In this document: in pieces, positions 9,611 to 19,490 of the stretch | Layout: each line of letters opens with the position of its first letter | How positions within the stretch are numbered: position 1 is the stretch's first letter | Source: Candidatus Woesearchaeota archaeon | Lineage (GTDB): Archaea > Nanobdellota > Nanobdellia > Pacearchaeales > GW2011-AR1 | DNA length: 61,227 bases | Assembly (NCBI GenBank): GCA_964497435.1 | Contig: CAZCCD010000005.1 | Location: forward strand, 46,214-107,440 | Reading direction: 5' to 3' | The notes under the pieces: model-generated | Seen by the model: the letters and a program-made list of their open reading frames with translations, nothing else | Databases searched by the model: none | Told to the model about the DNA's origin: nothing | Program-made: the position numbers and the translations under genes

Positions 9611-9772
9611 ATGTCATCAAAACCAAAATTTCCAGCATTGGCAGTGATATTGTTAATATTCGGACTCGTATGGCTGTTTAATGAGCTTGGATATTTTAAT
9701 TTAACATTGCCATGGATTCCTGTTATCCTTGTTATTATTGCCTTAGGAATGATTATCAATAGGTATAGATAA
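9611..9772 (+). CDS. small two-TM membrane protein (53 aa, below the ORF-track cutoff)
   Basis: ATG at 9611 and TAA at 9770-9772. MSSKPKFPALAVILLIFGLVWLFNELGYFNLTLPWIPVILVIIALGMIINRYR. Confidence 0.35.
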   Translation: MSSKPKFPALAVILLIFGLVWLFNELGYFNLTLPWIPVILVIIALGMIINRYR

Positions 9773-9868
9773 TTAATGTGGAAATAAAAATTCAGATGAT
9801 TATTTAATTAGTTTTTTGTTGCTTCGACAAAAATAGTTCTGAAAACAAGTAGTTTTAATTAAGAAAAA

Positions 9869-10132
9869 TCAATTTAGTTTATGATTTACACTAATATCCA
9901 ACGGCAATCTTTTATTTACCTTAACTAACACTTTTTTTAAAACTTCAACCCTTTTCTTAAAACTCAATATTCCTATTCCCTTTATTTCATCAGTTTTTTC
10001 ATCTTTAGTCAGAAAAACTCCTGGCTCAATTTCTTCACTATATTCTGTTTGAGGAGGAATTCCGAAAGTCACTTCTAAGAAATCGCCTTCTTCATCATAA
10101 TATATATCATATGTCTCTGATTCTTTGTTCAT
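9869..10132 (-). CDS. DUF2283-like small protein (putative antitoxin)
   Basis: YYDEEGDFLEVTF...IKGIGILSFKK pattern. 4-nt overlap with the upstream gene. Confidence 0.55.
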   Translation of the reverse strand: MNKESETYDIYYDEEGDFLEVTFGIPPQTEYSEEIEPGVFLTKDEKTDEIKGIGILSFKKRVEVLKKVLVKVNKRLPLDISVNHKLN

Positions 10133-10425
10133 TTTATATGTTTTTCAAAAAATGCTGAAATTACAAATCCATCTTCGTTTAAATATTTAACGATAACCAA
10201 AAGATATTTTTCTGTAGATATCTTATGCTTTAGATACTTATAGTAATATCCTACTTCTTCGTCTATTCCATAATCAGTTATTTTCAATGGATTCTTTAAA
10301 GTTTCCTTAATTTCTTCATGATAACTTGCAACCTGCGGATGTTTCTTTGTAATATGGCTCCACTGCTTCTTAGTTAACCTTATTTTCCTTCCAGTCTTAT
10401 CAATTACTTCAAAAACATTATTCAT
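10129..10425 (-). CDS. small toxin-like protein paired with the DUF2283 gene
   Basis: 98 aa. KKQWSHITKKHP...YLLVIVKY...VISAFF pattern, as in small barnase/RelE-like nuclease families. Assignment is mostly by pairing. Confidence 0.35.
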   Translation of the reverse strand: MNNVFEVIDKTGRKIRLTKKQWSHITKKHPQVASYHEEIKETLKNPLKITDYGIDEEVGYYYKYLKHKISTEKYLLVIVKYLNEDGFVISAFFEKHIK

Positions 10426-10525
10426 TAATAAGATAAATATTATGCAATTTATAAAACTGTAGCCATTAATAATCCATTAATAATTTTTCACAAAAATTAT
10501 TAAACCTCTTTAGCTATTCATCTTC

Positions 10526-10942
10526 ATGAAAAAAAGTAATTCTATTCGTGGCAAAAAAGCAAGAGCTACAGGAGCAAGATTTGAGGCAAAAGTAAGGCAA
10601 CAATTAGAAGAAATGGGTTGGATCATTGACCGATGGACGAACAATGTTGACCTAGAGTTAAAGAAGATTGTGAAGGCAAAGAGAAAGTATAATCCTTTTC
10701 TTAAATTTTTGTCAATCGGAACCGGATTTCCAGACTTCGTATGCTTCAAAAGAGCTGGAACTAAGTATGATATTATTGGTGTAGAGGTAAAAAAAAATGG
10801 TTGGTTAGATAAAATTGAAAAAGAAAAATGCAAATTCATATTAAACAATAAAATATTCTCAAAAATATTGATAGCAAAAAACGGAAAAGAAAGAGGAAAT
10901 GTTGAATATATTAATTTTAAAGAAAAATATGGATTAGTTTAA
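10526..10942 (+). CDS. PD-(D/E)xK nuclease, Hjc/VRR-NUC-like (possible Holliday junction resolvase)
   Basis: GARFEAKVRQQLEEMGW ... GFPDFVCF ... IIGVEVKK matches the G..FE / PD / (D/E)xK layout. Confidence 0.55.
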   Translation: MKKSNSIRGKKARATGARFEAKVRQQLEEMGWIIDRWTNNVDLELKKIVKAKRKYNPFLKFLSIGTGFPDFVCFKRAGTKYDIIGVEVKKNGWLDKIEKEKCKFILNNKIFSKILIAKNGKERGNVEYINFKEKYGLV

Positions 10943-10994
10943 TGTTTCATTTTAGTATAATAAATGTTAAAAGATAGTATTATTAATAAATTAT

Positions 10995-11669
10995 ATGAAG
11001 ATAAAAAGAAATGTGTTCATTTTAATCGTATTTAGCCTAATGATTTCTAATGTTTCATCTTTAAGAATAAATGAGGTTGAATTAAATCCTGCTGGATCTG
11101 ACACTGGCAATGAATGGATAGAACTTTATTCTTTAGAAGAGATTGACCTTGAAGGCTATAAGTTTGTTAACGGAGATGGGGGAGAGGTAGTTTTAAGTGG
11201 TGAGTTTGATGGGTATTTTATTTATGTTTTTGAGAAACAGTGGCTAGACAATAGTGAAGAAATTTCTTTGTACAAAGAAAATGAATTAATTGACAAAACA
11301 GGAACTTTAAATGATGCAAAAAATAATGACGAGACCTGGCAGTATTGCAAATCCTGGCAATTTTTAATTCAAAGCAGGGGCAAAAGAAATTCATGTGAAG
11401 AGGAAGAAGAAATAAAAGAGAAATTAGATAAGGAAACAGAAAATATAAAAAATAATGAAAATGTTACTGAAAATTTATCTTATGATTATAAAAATATAAA
11501 TGAACTAAAAGTTTTTGATACTATAAATCTTGGAAAAGCTTTAAATAATGAAGAATCAAAGGAAGTAACAAAGAAGAATATTGCAATTTATGGCCTTATT
11601 GGTTTTTTAATAGTTATTATTCTTCTGTTCTTTTTAAAAAAAATGGAATACAAAAATGAGTTCGGATGA
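10995..11669 (+). CDS. secreted lamin-tail-domain (LTD) protein with a C-terminal TM anchor
   Basis: Signal peptide, LRINEVELNPAGSDTGNEWIELYS (LTD signature), acidic linker, and C-terminal IAIYGLIGFLIVIILLFFLKK. Confidence 0.65.
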   Translation: MKIKRNVFILIVFSLMISNVSSLRINEVELNPAGSDTGNEWIELYSLEEIDLEGYKFVNGDGGEVVLSGEFDGYFIYVFEKQWLDNSEEISLYKENELIDKTGTLNDAKNNDETWQYCKSWQFLIQSRGKRNSCEEEEEIKEKLDKETENIKNNENVTENLSYDYKNINELKVFDTINLGKALNNEESKEVTKKNIAIYGLIGFLIVIILLFFLKKMEYKNEFG

Positions 11670-12081
11670 AAAAATTTTAACGAATTTAATTTTGGAGATA
11701 ATAGGAAAGCCGGCAGAACATTTAGTAGAAACTCTAAGTGAGCTTGTAAAACAAATTGAAAATGAAGCGGGTGTTAAAGTTTTGGACAAAAAAATAAACG
11801 AACCCATAGAAATGAAAGAGCAAAAAGAATTTTATTCTAGCTTCGCTGTTGTTGAAATAGAAGCAAAAAGCATAGATAAAATCTTAGAAATTATTTTTAA
11901 ATATATGCCCTCACATATAGAGATTGTCTCGCCTGAAAAAGTTGTCTTATCAAATAATGATTGGAGCCTTTTTTTAAGTGAATTGGCAAGAAAACTCCAT
12001 GCTTATGATGAAGTTGCTAGAGTCATTCAAAATGAAAAATTTATTTTAGAAAAAAAATTTAAAGAAACGATGAAAAAATGA
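11656..12081 (+). CDS. hypothetical protein
   Basis: 141-aa ORF overlapping both neighbours (operon-like). No motif recognised. Confidence 0.45.
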   Translation: MSSDEKILTNLILEIIGKPAEHLVETLSELVKQIENEAGVKVLDKKINEPIEMKEQKEFYSSFAVVEIEAKSIDKILEIIFKYMPSHIEIVSPEKVVLSNNDWSLFLSELARKLHAYDEVARVIQNEKFILEKKFKETMKK

Positions 12082-12383
12082 AAACATCAATATGTAGTAT
12101 TGCTGGTATAAAGTTAACTGCTGAAGATTATGATGAAATAGCTTATAATATAGGTAGGATGAAAGATCTATCTCTCCAAAGAAGATTAAAGATTGTAGAA
12201 CAGGCAAATAATATGCTTTCTGAAGAAACAAGGAGAGAAATTCAATTATTGGTTATAAATCTTGCAAATGAAAAGAGGGTTTATGAAATAGCAGGCCTTT
12301 CTTATAGTGATGGGCCTCCAGCAGATCAACTTTTGTTTACGTCTGGTGTTACAGAGTATGTACTAAAGAAGATGGTAACCTAA
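12078..12383 (+). CDS. hypothetical protein
   Basis: 101-aa ORF with an ATGA overlap to the upstream ORF. Confidence 0.4.
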   Translation: MKTSICSIAGIKLTAEDYDEIAYNIGRMKDLSLQRRLKIVEQANNMLSEETRREIQLLVINLANEKRVYEIAGLSYSDGPPADQLLFTSGVTEYVLKKMVT

Positions 12384-13804
12384 TTTCTCTTCTTTAACAA
12401 ATCAGATATTTCTGACTTTTTCTTTTTCGTTCTCTTATATTTGAAATAAAACCAAAAAATAAATCCCAAAATAATAATCAAAAGAGACCACCCTATTATT
12501 TTTGAAGATGAACTCGTTCCTTGAGAGACACATTCATCAAGACAACAAATATTTCCTCTTATTGCTTGAGAATCTCCGCTACAGGTTTCTTTTGCACAGC
12601 AAATTCTCCCACCTAATTCATTGCATGTTTTTTGTGTAACAGGATCAATTGTTTGATTTTTCTTTACACAAATTCCACTTAAGCATTCTTCATCGCTTTT
12701 ACAGCTATCACATTGATTAATATCTTTAGGTACACACGTACCTCTTATACACTCTTCTGATGACGGGCATGGATCGAAAATACCACATTCGTCTTTTTCT
12801 TCAAGAATACATTCTCCATTATCGCATCTCTCCCAGGAATCACAATCTCTATCATATCTGCATTCATCTTCTTCTTTGTCAACGCATTCATTATCTGTAC
12901 ATTCTTCATTACTATTACAATCACTGTCTTTTTTACATTCCACCTGAACACAAATTCCATTATCACAGATTTCATCATCATTACATTGAAAAGTAAATAT
13001 GCAAGATTTTGCTTGGCTTTTATTTAAACAACTAGAGACGTCAAAAGTACAATCTGCCTTGCATTTTAATGTCCCGCTATTATAATCCAAACTATTACAA
13101 CTCTCTCCAGATAAATTTGTTCCATCACAATCCTCTCCACTATTAATAATGTTATTTCCGCATAAAGGAGATTGAGGTGCTTGACCATAAACAAGAACAG
13201 GTAGAATATATTCAAGTCCTGAATATGAAATTTTTATATTTCCAAAAGTATTTTCATTAATGTTCGAAACTCCAAATGATAGTGATTTTATTGTTCCTGC
13301 AGCTACTGACTCAGAAGATAAAGATGATAAGCTATTAAATGTATTTATTTCTACATTAATTGTATTATCAACTAAATTAGTGATATCAATTGAAAAATCG
13401 CTTGAGGAAATTACAAATCCTGGTTTTACAGAAAAATAAGCTGTGTCGTTAGTTACAGTAAAATTCTTTATTATATCATCATCTATTAATTGGCCTGCCT
13501 GATAATATCTTACATTTTCTATTTTTATGGAATAATTATTTTGTGTTTTTCCAACTAAAGAAGCCCATATATAATAAGTATCATTAATCTTTTTAATATC
13601 AAACTCCATTGGTATCTGGACGTGGTTTCTATAAAAAAGGACATTGCTTGTTTGTATTGTATCAAAAAAACTTCCTGAAATCTTTGCTATTATTGTTTCT
13701 CCTTGTTTATATTCATTTTTCATTTCTATTGATGCTGCAGAAGCATTTTTTATATTTACAAATAAAAACATCAAAACAAAAATTAAAATCACGACTCTTT
13801 TCAT
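12380..13804 (-). CDS. Cys-rich surface protein with a C-terminal TM anchor
   Basis: Signal peptide, beta-rich N domain, then CGNNIINSGEDCDGTNLSGESC...CKADCTFDVSSC (resembles the Myxococcus-type Cys-rich repeat). Followed by CxxDxDCxxxxxC modules, a TM segment and a KKKK tail. Confidence 0.7.
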   Translation of the reverse strand: MKRVVILIFVLMFLFVNIKNASAASIEMKNEYKQGETIIAKISGSFFDTIQTSNVLFYRNHVQIPMEFDIKKINDTYYIWASLVGKTQNNYSIKIENVRYYQAGQLIDDDIIKNFTVTNDTAYFSVKPGFVISSSDFSIDITNLVDNTINVEINTFNSLSSLSSESVAAGTIKSLSFGVSNINENTFGNIKISYSGLEYILPVLVYGQAPQSPLCGNNIINSGEDCDGTNLSGESCNSLDYNSGTLKCKADCTFDVSSCLNKSQAKSCIFTFQCNDDEICDNGICVQVECKKDSDCNSNEECTDNECVDKEEDECRYDRDCDSWERCDNGECILEEKDECGIFDPCPSSEECIRGTCVPKDINQCDSCKSDEECLSGICVKKNQTIDPVTQKTCNELGGRICCAKETCSGDSQAIRGNICCLDECVSQGTSSSSKIIGWSLLIIILGFIFWFYFKYKRTKKKKSEISDLLKKRN

Positions 13805-13840
13805 TATTAATTTAAGAAATAATAGTTAATAAATATTGTT

Positions 13841-16174
13841 TTATTTACTTATATCTTTCAATTTTTTTAACACTTCCTCTAATTCTCCTTTAGGCTTTTC
13901 CTTAATTTGTTGTTGCGGCCTTACAGGAGGCCTTGCTGGAGTAGGGATTCTTGGAATTATTCTTCTTGGTCTTAATAAAGGCCTTGGCATAATTCTCGTT
14001 GTTGGTGGAGGAGGGAATAAACTAGGTCTTGGCTTTGGTTTTCCGCCTTTAAATCTTAAAAAGAACATTCTTAATCTATTTCTAAACAATATACCTATAA
14101 GCAAGAGTAAAATTAAGGCTGAAAGAATCCATATCCATAAATAATTTTTCTCTTCAGGTATGATAGGGCCTTCAGTAGATTCACAGCATACTTGAGTTAA
14201 ATCTAGACACTCATCATCATTTTGAGTTTCATCAGAAAAACACGAATCTCTACATCTTCCTCCGTAAAGCTCACAATCAGAAGTTGTTGGTGTTGTCTCG
14301 CATGTTCCCCCAGTACAGCAGGTTTCACCATAACTAAGATCAGAGGCGTCGTTTTTTTCAATTCCATCAATACAAGACTCGCTTGAACTACATATCTCTC
14401 CTTGAAGTTGAGAGCATGTTTTATCTTCTTCTGGGAGCGTGCAACACTTTTGTGGAACAGGACAGTCATAATTGCTTAAAATCCTTCCTCCATCTTCTTC
14501 GCATGTTGAGAATCTTCCTCTACAATAATATCCTGCATCCTCACAATCAATCAATCCTTCTGAAACACAAGAGCCTCTATCACAAACATATCCTTCCTGG
14601 CCGCAATCTGCGTCATCAACACAATCATCTCCTCCAAGATTAATGCATCTATAATTTTGACAGACGTAAGCAGCAGAGCAACCAGTTTCATTAACACATT
14701 CAACACATGTTTGATTGACACAAAATCCTGAAGAGCAATCAGCATTGTTTATACAAGAATCTCCTCCTGAAATACAATAGCCTGCTAAACTGCAGACATC
14801 TCCTGGATTAGGACAATCAGAATCATCATTACATTCTTTTATTTTCTCGCAGACATTATTATCATTACAAGCATAACCATCATTACAATCATCATCATAT
14901 TCGCACTCAACACAATAATAATCAACGCAAATTTTATCGTTTGAACATTGTCTGTCTAAAGTACAGTCAGCATCTTCTGGAATGCAAATTCCAGTAACGC
15001 ATTTCTCATCGTCATCACAATCAGCCTTATCAAAACAAGAAGCCTGGACAGGAGATTCTTCAGGCCATGTAGAAGCAAGAACAAAAGCTGTATTTCTTAT
15101 ATTATTTTCCCAGCATCCGTTTGCCCCCTGAACATCAAGGAGCCAGGTTTTAGCCCTTGTTTTTTCTTGAGGCTCTTCACCAACTAAAGAGAATAAAGCA
15201 ACAGATGTATCATAAACTCTATTTCCCAAAGACGAGCCTGAAGCCTGCCAGTATCCTTTTGTCGAAGAACCGCCAGTAACTGTTTTTTGTTTCGAAAGCA
15301 AACTGTATTTAAATTCATCAGAACCAGTTATATAATAAAGGAAAGAATCAGGAATAAACTGCTGATTATTTTCTGCCGAAGTTATTAGGTAAGGAATAAA
15401 AGAAGAAATATCGTCTTCTCTTCCAAGGAAAGTTAATGCAAATGCTGCCCACAAACTTCCCCCATAATCACAACCAGAGCCGCTTGAAAAGCAAGAAGAA
15501 GTGATTTTTTCCTCTGTAGAAGAGCCCCCACCAGGTGCTGAGCTTAATTTTCCAGAAATATAAAAAACATTAGAACCATCTTTTTGAAATATTAAATTAG
15601 TAGAAAAACCTTTATCGCAAGAAATAGTGAATGTTTTATCATGACAAGAACCAGCTATTTTAAGCCAGTAATCATCTTGAGCTTTAGTAAAACACTGGCC
15701 TGAGGATGTTATTATTTTTTTGTCTTCTCCAATTGAAAAAGAAAAAGAGCCTCCTGTAAATTCTATGGAACATGATGTTTCCTCATTAGATTCTGTTTGT
15801 AAATACCATGTTATATCTGTTGGAATTGCTTTCTTGCTTAAGAGCCAGTTTTCTCCTTTTGTTGTATCAAAGGTTGTCTTCTCCAAAGCAATCAAGGCTT
15901 GGGCAGTTGTCTTTAAATTGCAATTTGTTGAGGGCCAGCATTCATTATTTTTTGATTTTGAAACAACATCACTCTTGCATTCTCCAACAGAAAGCAAAGA
16001 AAAAATCTCTTCCTCTAAAGTAAGGGCCAAACATTTTCCTTCAACTTTATCAAGAAGACATTCATATCCAAGACTTACATTTCCTGCTGCACTAGTAGAT
16101 TGAGTAAAAACTAAAGATAAAAATATCAAAACAAAAAACAAAATCACCTGCTTTTTCATACGTTTTAAAGACAA
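13841..16174 (-). CDS. large surface protein: alpha/alpha-toroid (prenyltransferase/terpene-cyclase-like repeat) N domain, tandem Cys-rich modules, TM, Pro/Arg-rich tail
   Basis: Signal peptide. SLWAAFALTFLG, VYDTSVALFSLVG and NIRNTAFVLAS repeats. About 10 modules of CxxDxDCxxxxxCxxxxC (about 14497-15037). C-terminal LWIWILSALILLLLIGILF followed by PPPPTTRIMPRP. Confidence 0.65.
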   Translation of the reverse strand: MSLKRMKKQVILFFVLIFLSLVFTQSTSAAGNVSLGYECLLDKVEGKCLALTLEEEIFSLLSVGECKSDVVSKSKNNECWPSTNCNLKTTAQALIALEKTTFDTTKGENWLLSKKAIPTDITWYLQTESNEETSCSIEFTGGSFSFSIGEDKKIITSSGQCFTKAQDDYWLKIAGSCHDKTFTISCDKGFSTNLIFQKDGSNVFYISGKLSSAPGGGSSTEEKITSSCFSSGSGCDYGGSLWAAFALTFLGREDDISSFIPYLITSAENNQQFIPDSFLYYITGSDEFKYSLLSKQKTVTGGSSTKGYWQASGSSLGNRVYDTSVALFSLVGEEPQEKTRAKTWLLDVQGANGCWENNIRNTAFVLASTWPEESPVQASCFDKADCDDDEKCVTGICIPEDADCTLDRQCSNDKICVDYYCVECEYDDDCNDGYACNDNNVCEKIKECNDDSDCPNPGDVCSLAGYCISGGDSCINNADCSSGFCVNQTCVECVNETGCSAAYVCQNYRCINLGGDDCVDDADCGQEGYVCDRGSCVSEGLIDCEDAGYYCRGRFSTCEEDGGRILSNYDCPVPQKCCTLPEEDKTCSQLQGEICSSSESCIDGIEKNDASDLSYGETCCTGGTCETTPTTSDCELYGGRCRDSCFSDETQNDDECLDLTQVCCESTEGPIIPEEKNYLWIWILSALILLLLIGILFRNRLRMFFLRFKGGKPKPRPSLFPPPPTTRIMPRPLLRPRRIIPRIPTPARPPVRPQQQIKEKPKGELEEVLKKLKDISK

Positions 16175-16200
16175 TGCTTATTTTTAAAATTATCTTTAAT

Positions 16201-17178
16201 TCAATAGCCAAATTCTTTTTTATAGAATTCTATTGTATGATTAAGGCCTTCTTCAAAATTAATAAAAGAATTAAATCCAAGATCAGAAATCTTTCTTATG
16301 TCTGCGCAAGAATTTCTTATTTCTCCAGGCCTGGGAGAGGTATAAACAGGCTCTATGTTGAGTTTAAGGAGTTGATTTAACTTTTCTACTAAGAAGTTTA
16401 TAGAATAAGTAGAGCCACAAGCCAAATTAAAGACTTTTCCTGCTACTTTTTCCTTAGGAAGCTTTGAAAAAAATATGTTTCCATCAACAACATTTTTAAT
16501 AAAAGTAAAATCTCTTGATTGTTCTCCATCTCCAAAAACTATGGGCCTTTCTCTATTCATCATTTTTTTTATGAATATGGGAATTGCCGCAGAATACTGG
16601 CTATTTGGATCTTGTTTAGGCCCAAAAACATTAAAATATCTTAAAGAAACTGTTTCAAGTCCATGAAGATGGTAAAACTGCCTCATTAAATGTTCGCAGG
16701 TCTGTTTACTTAATGCATAAGGAGACAATGGAGAACCTGTTTTTTCTTCTATTTTTGGAAGATTTTCATCATCTCCGTAAACTGATGAACTTGAGGCAAA
16801 AAGCACTCTTTTTACGCCTGCTCCCTTGCATGCAATAAGAAGATTCAAAGTTCCATTGATGTTATTAGAAAGGGTTGTATCAGGGTCATTTATAGATCTT
16901 GGGACAGAGGTAACAGCAGCCTGATGAAACACATAAGAAGGCTTTCTTTCAAGAATTAAATCTTTTAGATATTCGTTTCTTATATCTAATTTTATATACT
17001 CTAAATTACCTAGCTTTGGATCATCACTTAATTCATGGGCTTCATCCAAATTCTTTTTTTTCCCGCTAAATTCGTTATCAATTACAATAACATTAGCTCC
17101 TTGTCTCACTAGCTCTGTAACTAAATGACATCCAATAAAACCTGCACCTCCTGTAACAAGGACTCTTTCTTTAAACAT
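16201..17178 (-). CDS. NAD-dependent sugar-nucleotide 4-epimerase/dehydratase (UDP-Glc/GlcNAc 4-epimerase-like)
   Basis: GGAGFIGCHL Rossmann motif, SSSSVYGD, and the catalytic YALSK. Confidence 0.85.
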   Translation of the reverse strand: MFKERVLVTGGAGFIGCHLVTELVRQGANVIVIDNEFSGKKKNLDEAHELSDDPKLGNLEYIKLDIRNEYLKDLILERKPSYVFHQAAVTSVPRSINDPDTTLSNNINGTLNLLIACKGAGVKRVLFASSSSVYGDDENLPKIEEKTGSPLSPYALSKQTCEHLMRQFYHLHGLETVSLRYFNVFGPKQDPNSQYSAAIPIFIKKMMNRERPIVFGDGEQSRDFTFIKNVVDGNIFFSKLPKEKVAGKVFNLACGSTYSINFLVEKLNQLLKLNIEPVYTSPRPGEIRNSCADIRKISDLGFNSFINFEEGLNHTIEFYKKEFGY

Positions 17179-18453
17179 TTATCTATTCTTTTTTGGTTCT
17201 TTAAATTCTTTTTTATTCTCTAATAAACCCTTTCTTATCACATAATTAACAGGGTTTTTTGCTTTGAGCTCTTCTTCTGTAGGAATAATTCCTATTCCTT
17301 TATAATAATCTTTGTCAAAATTAGGAGGAAGTACAACTTTATTCCTATAACTCCAAGAAAGCTGGGCTTTAATATAACCTTCTTTGAGAGGAATTTTATT
17401 TTTTTTATTCCAGTCAGAAACTCTCTTTTCAAGCTCTTCTTTATCTATGCCTATTGACCTGAAGAGGTTAATTAAAATAAAAAGAGATCTTTTTCTTCCA
17501 TCAGAAACTCCTTTCAGTATTTTTTGGATTGAGGGAGGGAAATAAGAATCAGAGATTTTTTCGAGTTTTAATGGTTTAAAATCTGATTTTATTTTTTCAT
17601 CATTTGGTTTTATTTGTTTATGCCAATCAAGAGCCTGCATCAAAAGCTCTTTTGCCTCTCCTTCTTTGCAATCTGGCATAAAACTAAGGACTTTTACTTT
17701 CATTGGATGAGCATCTTTAATGTCAAAAAAAGAAATTTTACTTGGGTTTATAACTACGCTTGAGAGTGCTGTTTTTTCATGGAGAGAGTAAGGAGCCCTA
17801 AAAAGATGTCTCGGAGAGACTAAAATAAGGTCTGGCATGACTTCTTTTGAAATTTGAAAATCCCTCACATACTTACTCTCTTTCTCAAGATTAGATATTT
17901 TTTTTATTAAATCTTTTTCTATTGTAGCTGTTATATAATTGGTTATTATCCTTGGCCATTCAGGAAACATCTCGGATGTTTTAATATTGTTTATTTTTGT
18001 GGGAAAAGCCTTCCAGGGTAGGATAATATGGAAACCTTTGCTTCCACTAAACTTTAATCCTATATTCTTAACTCCATGGAACTCTAGCATTTTTATAACA
18101 AGCTCTGCCATAATCTTGCTATAATCTATGTACTTACTATCAATGTCAATTAAAAAGTTCCACCCTTCTCTTAAATTATTCAATTCCTCTTCACTCATTC
18201 CTGTTGAAACTTTTAGAGGGTCACTCCAGAGTTCTTGTGAACAATGAAAGGAAGTTGCACCTTTTTTAACAAGCTCAAAAACATCATTAGGATACTGAAG
18301 AGAATCTGGTCTTTTTCCGAAATTCTCAGTTATGTAGTACGGAATTGTTTCTCTATTAACGCAAAACTTAAATATTGCTTCTTGTATGTCTTTTCTGGAA
18401 TAATACAATGAAGCTGTTTTTTTTATTCTCTCTGACTTTATACTTTCTTCCAT
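17179..18453 (-). CDS. priS: DNA primase: PriS catalytic domain fused to a PriL-CTD-like helical domain
   Basis: AEP motifs LIDIDSK (DxD), SGSKGFHIILPW (SGxGxH) and FRAPYSLHEKT. C-terminal FPPSIQKILKGVSDGRKRSLFILINLFRSIGI resembles the PriL FPPC..L...R...FL..iG motif. Confidence 0.8.
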   Translation of the reverse strand: MEESIKSERIKKTASLYYSRKDIQEAIFKFCVNRETIPYYITENFGKRPDSLQYPNDVFELVKKGATSFHCSQELWSDPLKVSTGMSEEELNNLREGWNFLIDIDSKYIDYSKIMAELVIKMLEFHGVKNIGLKFSGSKGFHIILPWKAFPTKINNIKTSEMFPEWPRIITNYITATIEKDLIKKISNLEKESKYVRDFQISKEVMPDLILVSPRHLFRAPYSLHEKTALSSVVINPSKISFFDIKDAHPMKVKVLSFMPDCKEGEAKELLMQALDWHKQIKPNDEKIKSDFKPLKLEKISDSYFPPSIQKILKGVSDGRKRSLFILINLFRSIGIDKEELEKRVSDWNKKNKIPLKEGYIKAQLSWSYRNKVVLPPNFDKDYYKGIGIIPTEEELKAKNPVNYVIRKGLLENKKEFKEPKKNR

Positions 18454-18538
18454 GAATATTTATGTTAGGTAAGGTTTATATAAATAACTTATACTAAACT
18501 ATAATAATGCTTAAAAGATAATCCTGGTATTATTTAGA

Positions 18539-19276
18539 ATGATAATTAAACTTAACAATCCCGGCACACTCACAAGAGTCATAGAGCTTATTTCTGAGTT
18601 AGTAACGGAGGTGAGAATAAAGGTGAATGAGTTTGGCCTTTCAATAACTGCAATGGATCCTGCGAATGTATCAATGGTTGGATTTAAGTTGCCAAAGAGC
18701 TCTTTTATTGAGTTTCAGGGAGATAAAGAAACGCTTGGGGTTAACTTAGAAAATTTAAAAAGAGTCTTAAGAAGAGCCAGTCCTGGCAGTTCGTTGATAA
18801 TTCAGAGAGAGGATAATACCTTAAATATACAGATACTCGATAGGATAAGAAGGAGTTTTAAATTAAGTTTAATTGACATAGAAGGTGAAGAAATTGATTT
18901 TGATGCAAAAACAAGAAGAATGGAGTTCACTTCAAGGGTTGAATTGCCTTCTAATGATTTTATTGATTCAATAGAAGATTGTGCAGTAGTGGCTGATGCG
19001 TGTTCTTTCATAATCAAAGAAAATTATTTTATAATAGAAGCTAGAGGATTAGACTCTGCACTCTCAGAATTTTCAAGTGATGAGGCAAAAATAGACGCTG
19101 AAAATTGCAAGGCAAGGTATAGTTTAGAATATCTACAAAAATTCATAAAGGGCGCGAAACTCTGCGACAGAACAATTATAAATTTCGCAGAAGACCATCC
19201 TCTAAGAATTGATTTTAAGACTCCTTCTATGGAATTGAGTTTTGTTCTTGCACCTAGGGTGGAGACCGAGGACTAA
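18539..19276 (+). CDS. pcn: DNA polymerase sliding clamp (PCNA)
   Basis: 245 aa. Two-domain clamp pattern (ELISELVTEVRIKV...GLSITAMDPANVSMV; YSLEYLQKFIKG; LRIDF...MELSFVLAPRVE). Divergent from the primase gene. Confidence 0.85.
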   Translation: MIIKLNNPGTLTRVIELISELVTEVRIKVNEFGLSITAMDPANVSMVGFKLPKSSFIEFQGDKETLGVNLENLKRVLRRASPGSSLIIQREDNTLNIQILDRIRRSFKLSLIDIEGEEIDFDAKTRRMEFTSRVELPSNDFIDSIEDCAVVADACSFIIKENYFIIEARGLDSALSEFSSDEAKIDAENCKARYSLEYLQKFIKGAKLCDRTIINFAEDHPLRIDFKTPSMELSFVLAPRVETED

Positions 19277-19490
19277 CACGAAACTTTCTTGGATATAAAT
19301 AATGAGTGTTAGTCCGAGTAGAAGATTGAAAATAGGTAAGAAGTTTTATATAGTTTTTAGTTAAAATTAGGTTAAGAGTTTTATTAACATTATTAAAATT
19401 TAGTTTCCTTTATTCCAAATATATTTAAATACTAAGTAACTCTTATAATAAGTAAAGGTTATATAGTAAAAGTAAGTATTACTAAGTAAA

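Noticed and set aside
12745-12996. Two 78-aa ORFs on opposite strands inside the Cys-rich gene 12380-13804.
   Set aside because: They are artefacts of the repetitive TGY/GAY codon content of the Cys/Asp modules. They have no start context and their composition is nonsensical.
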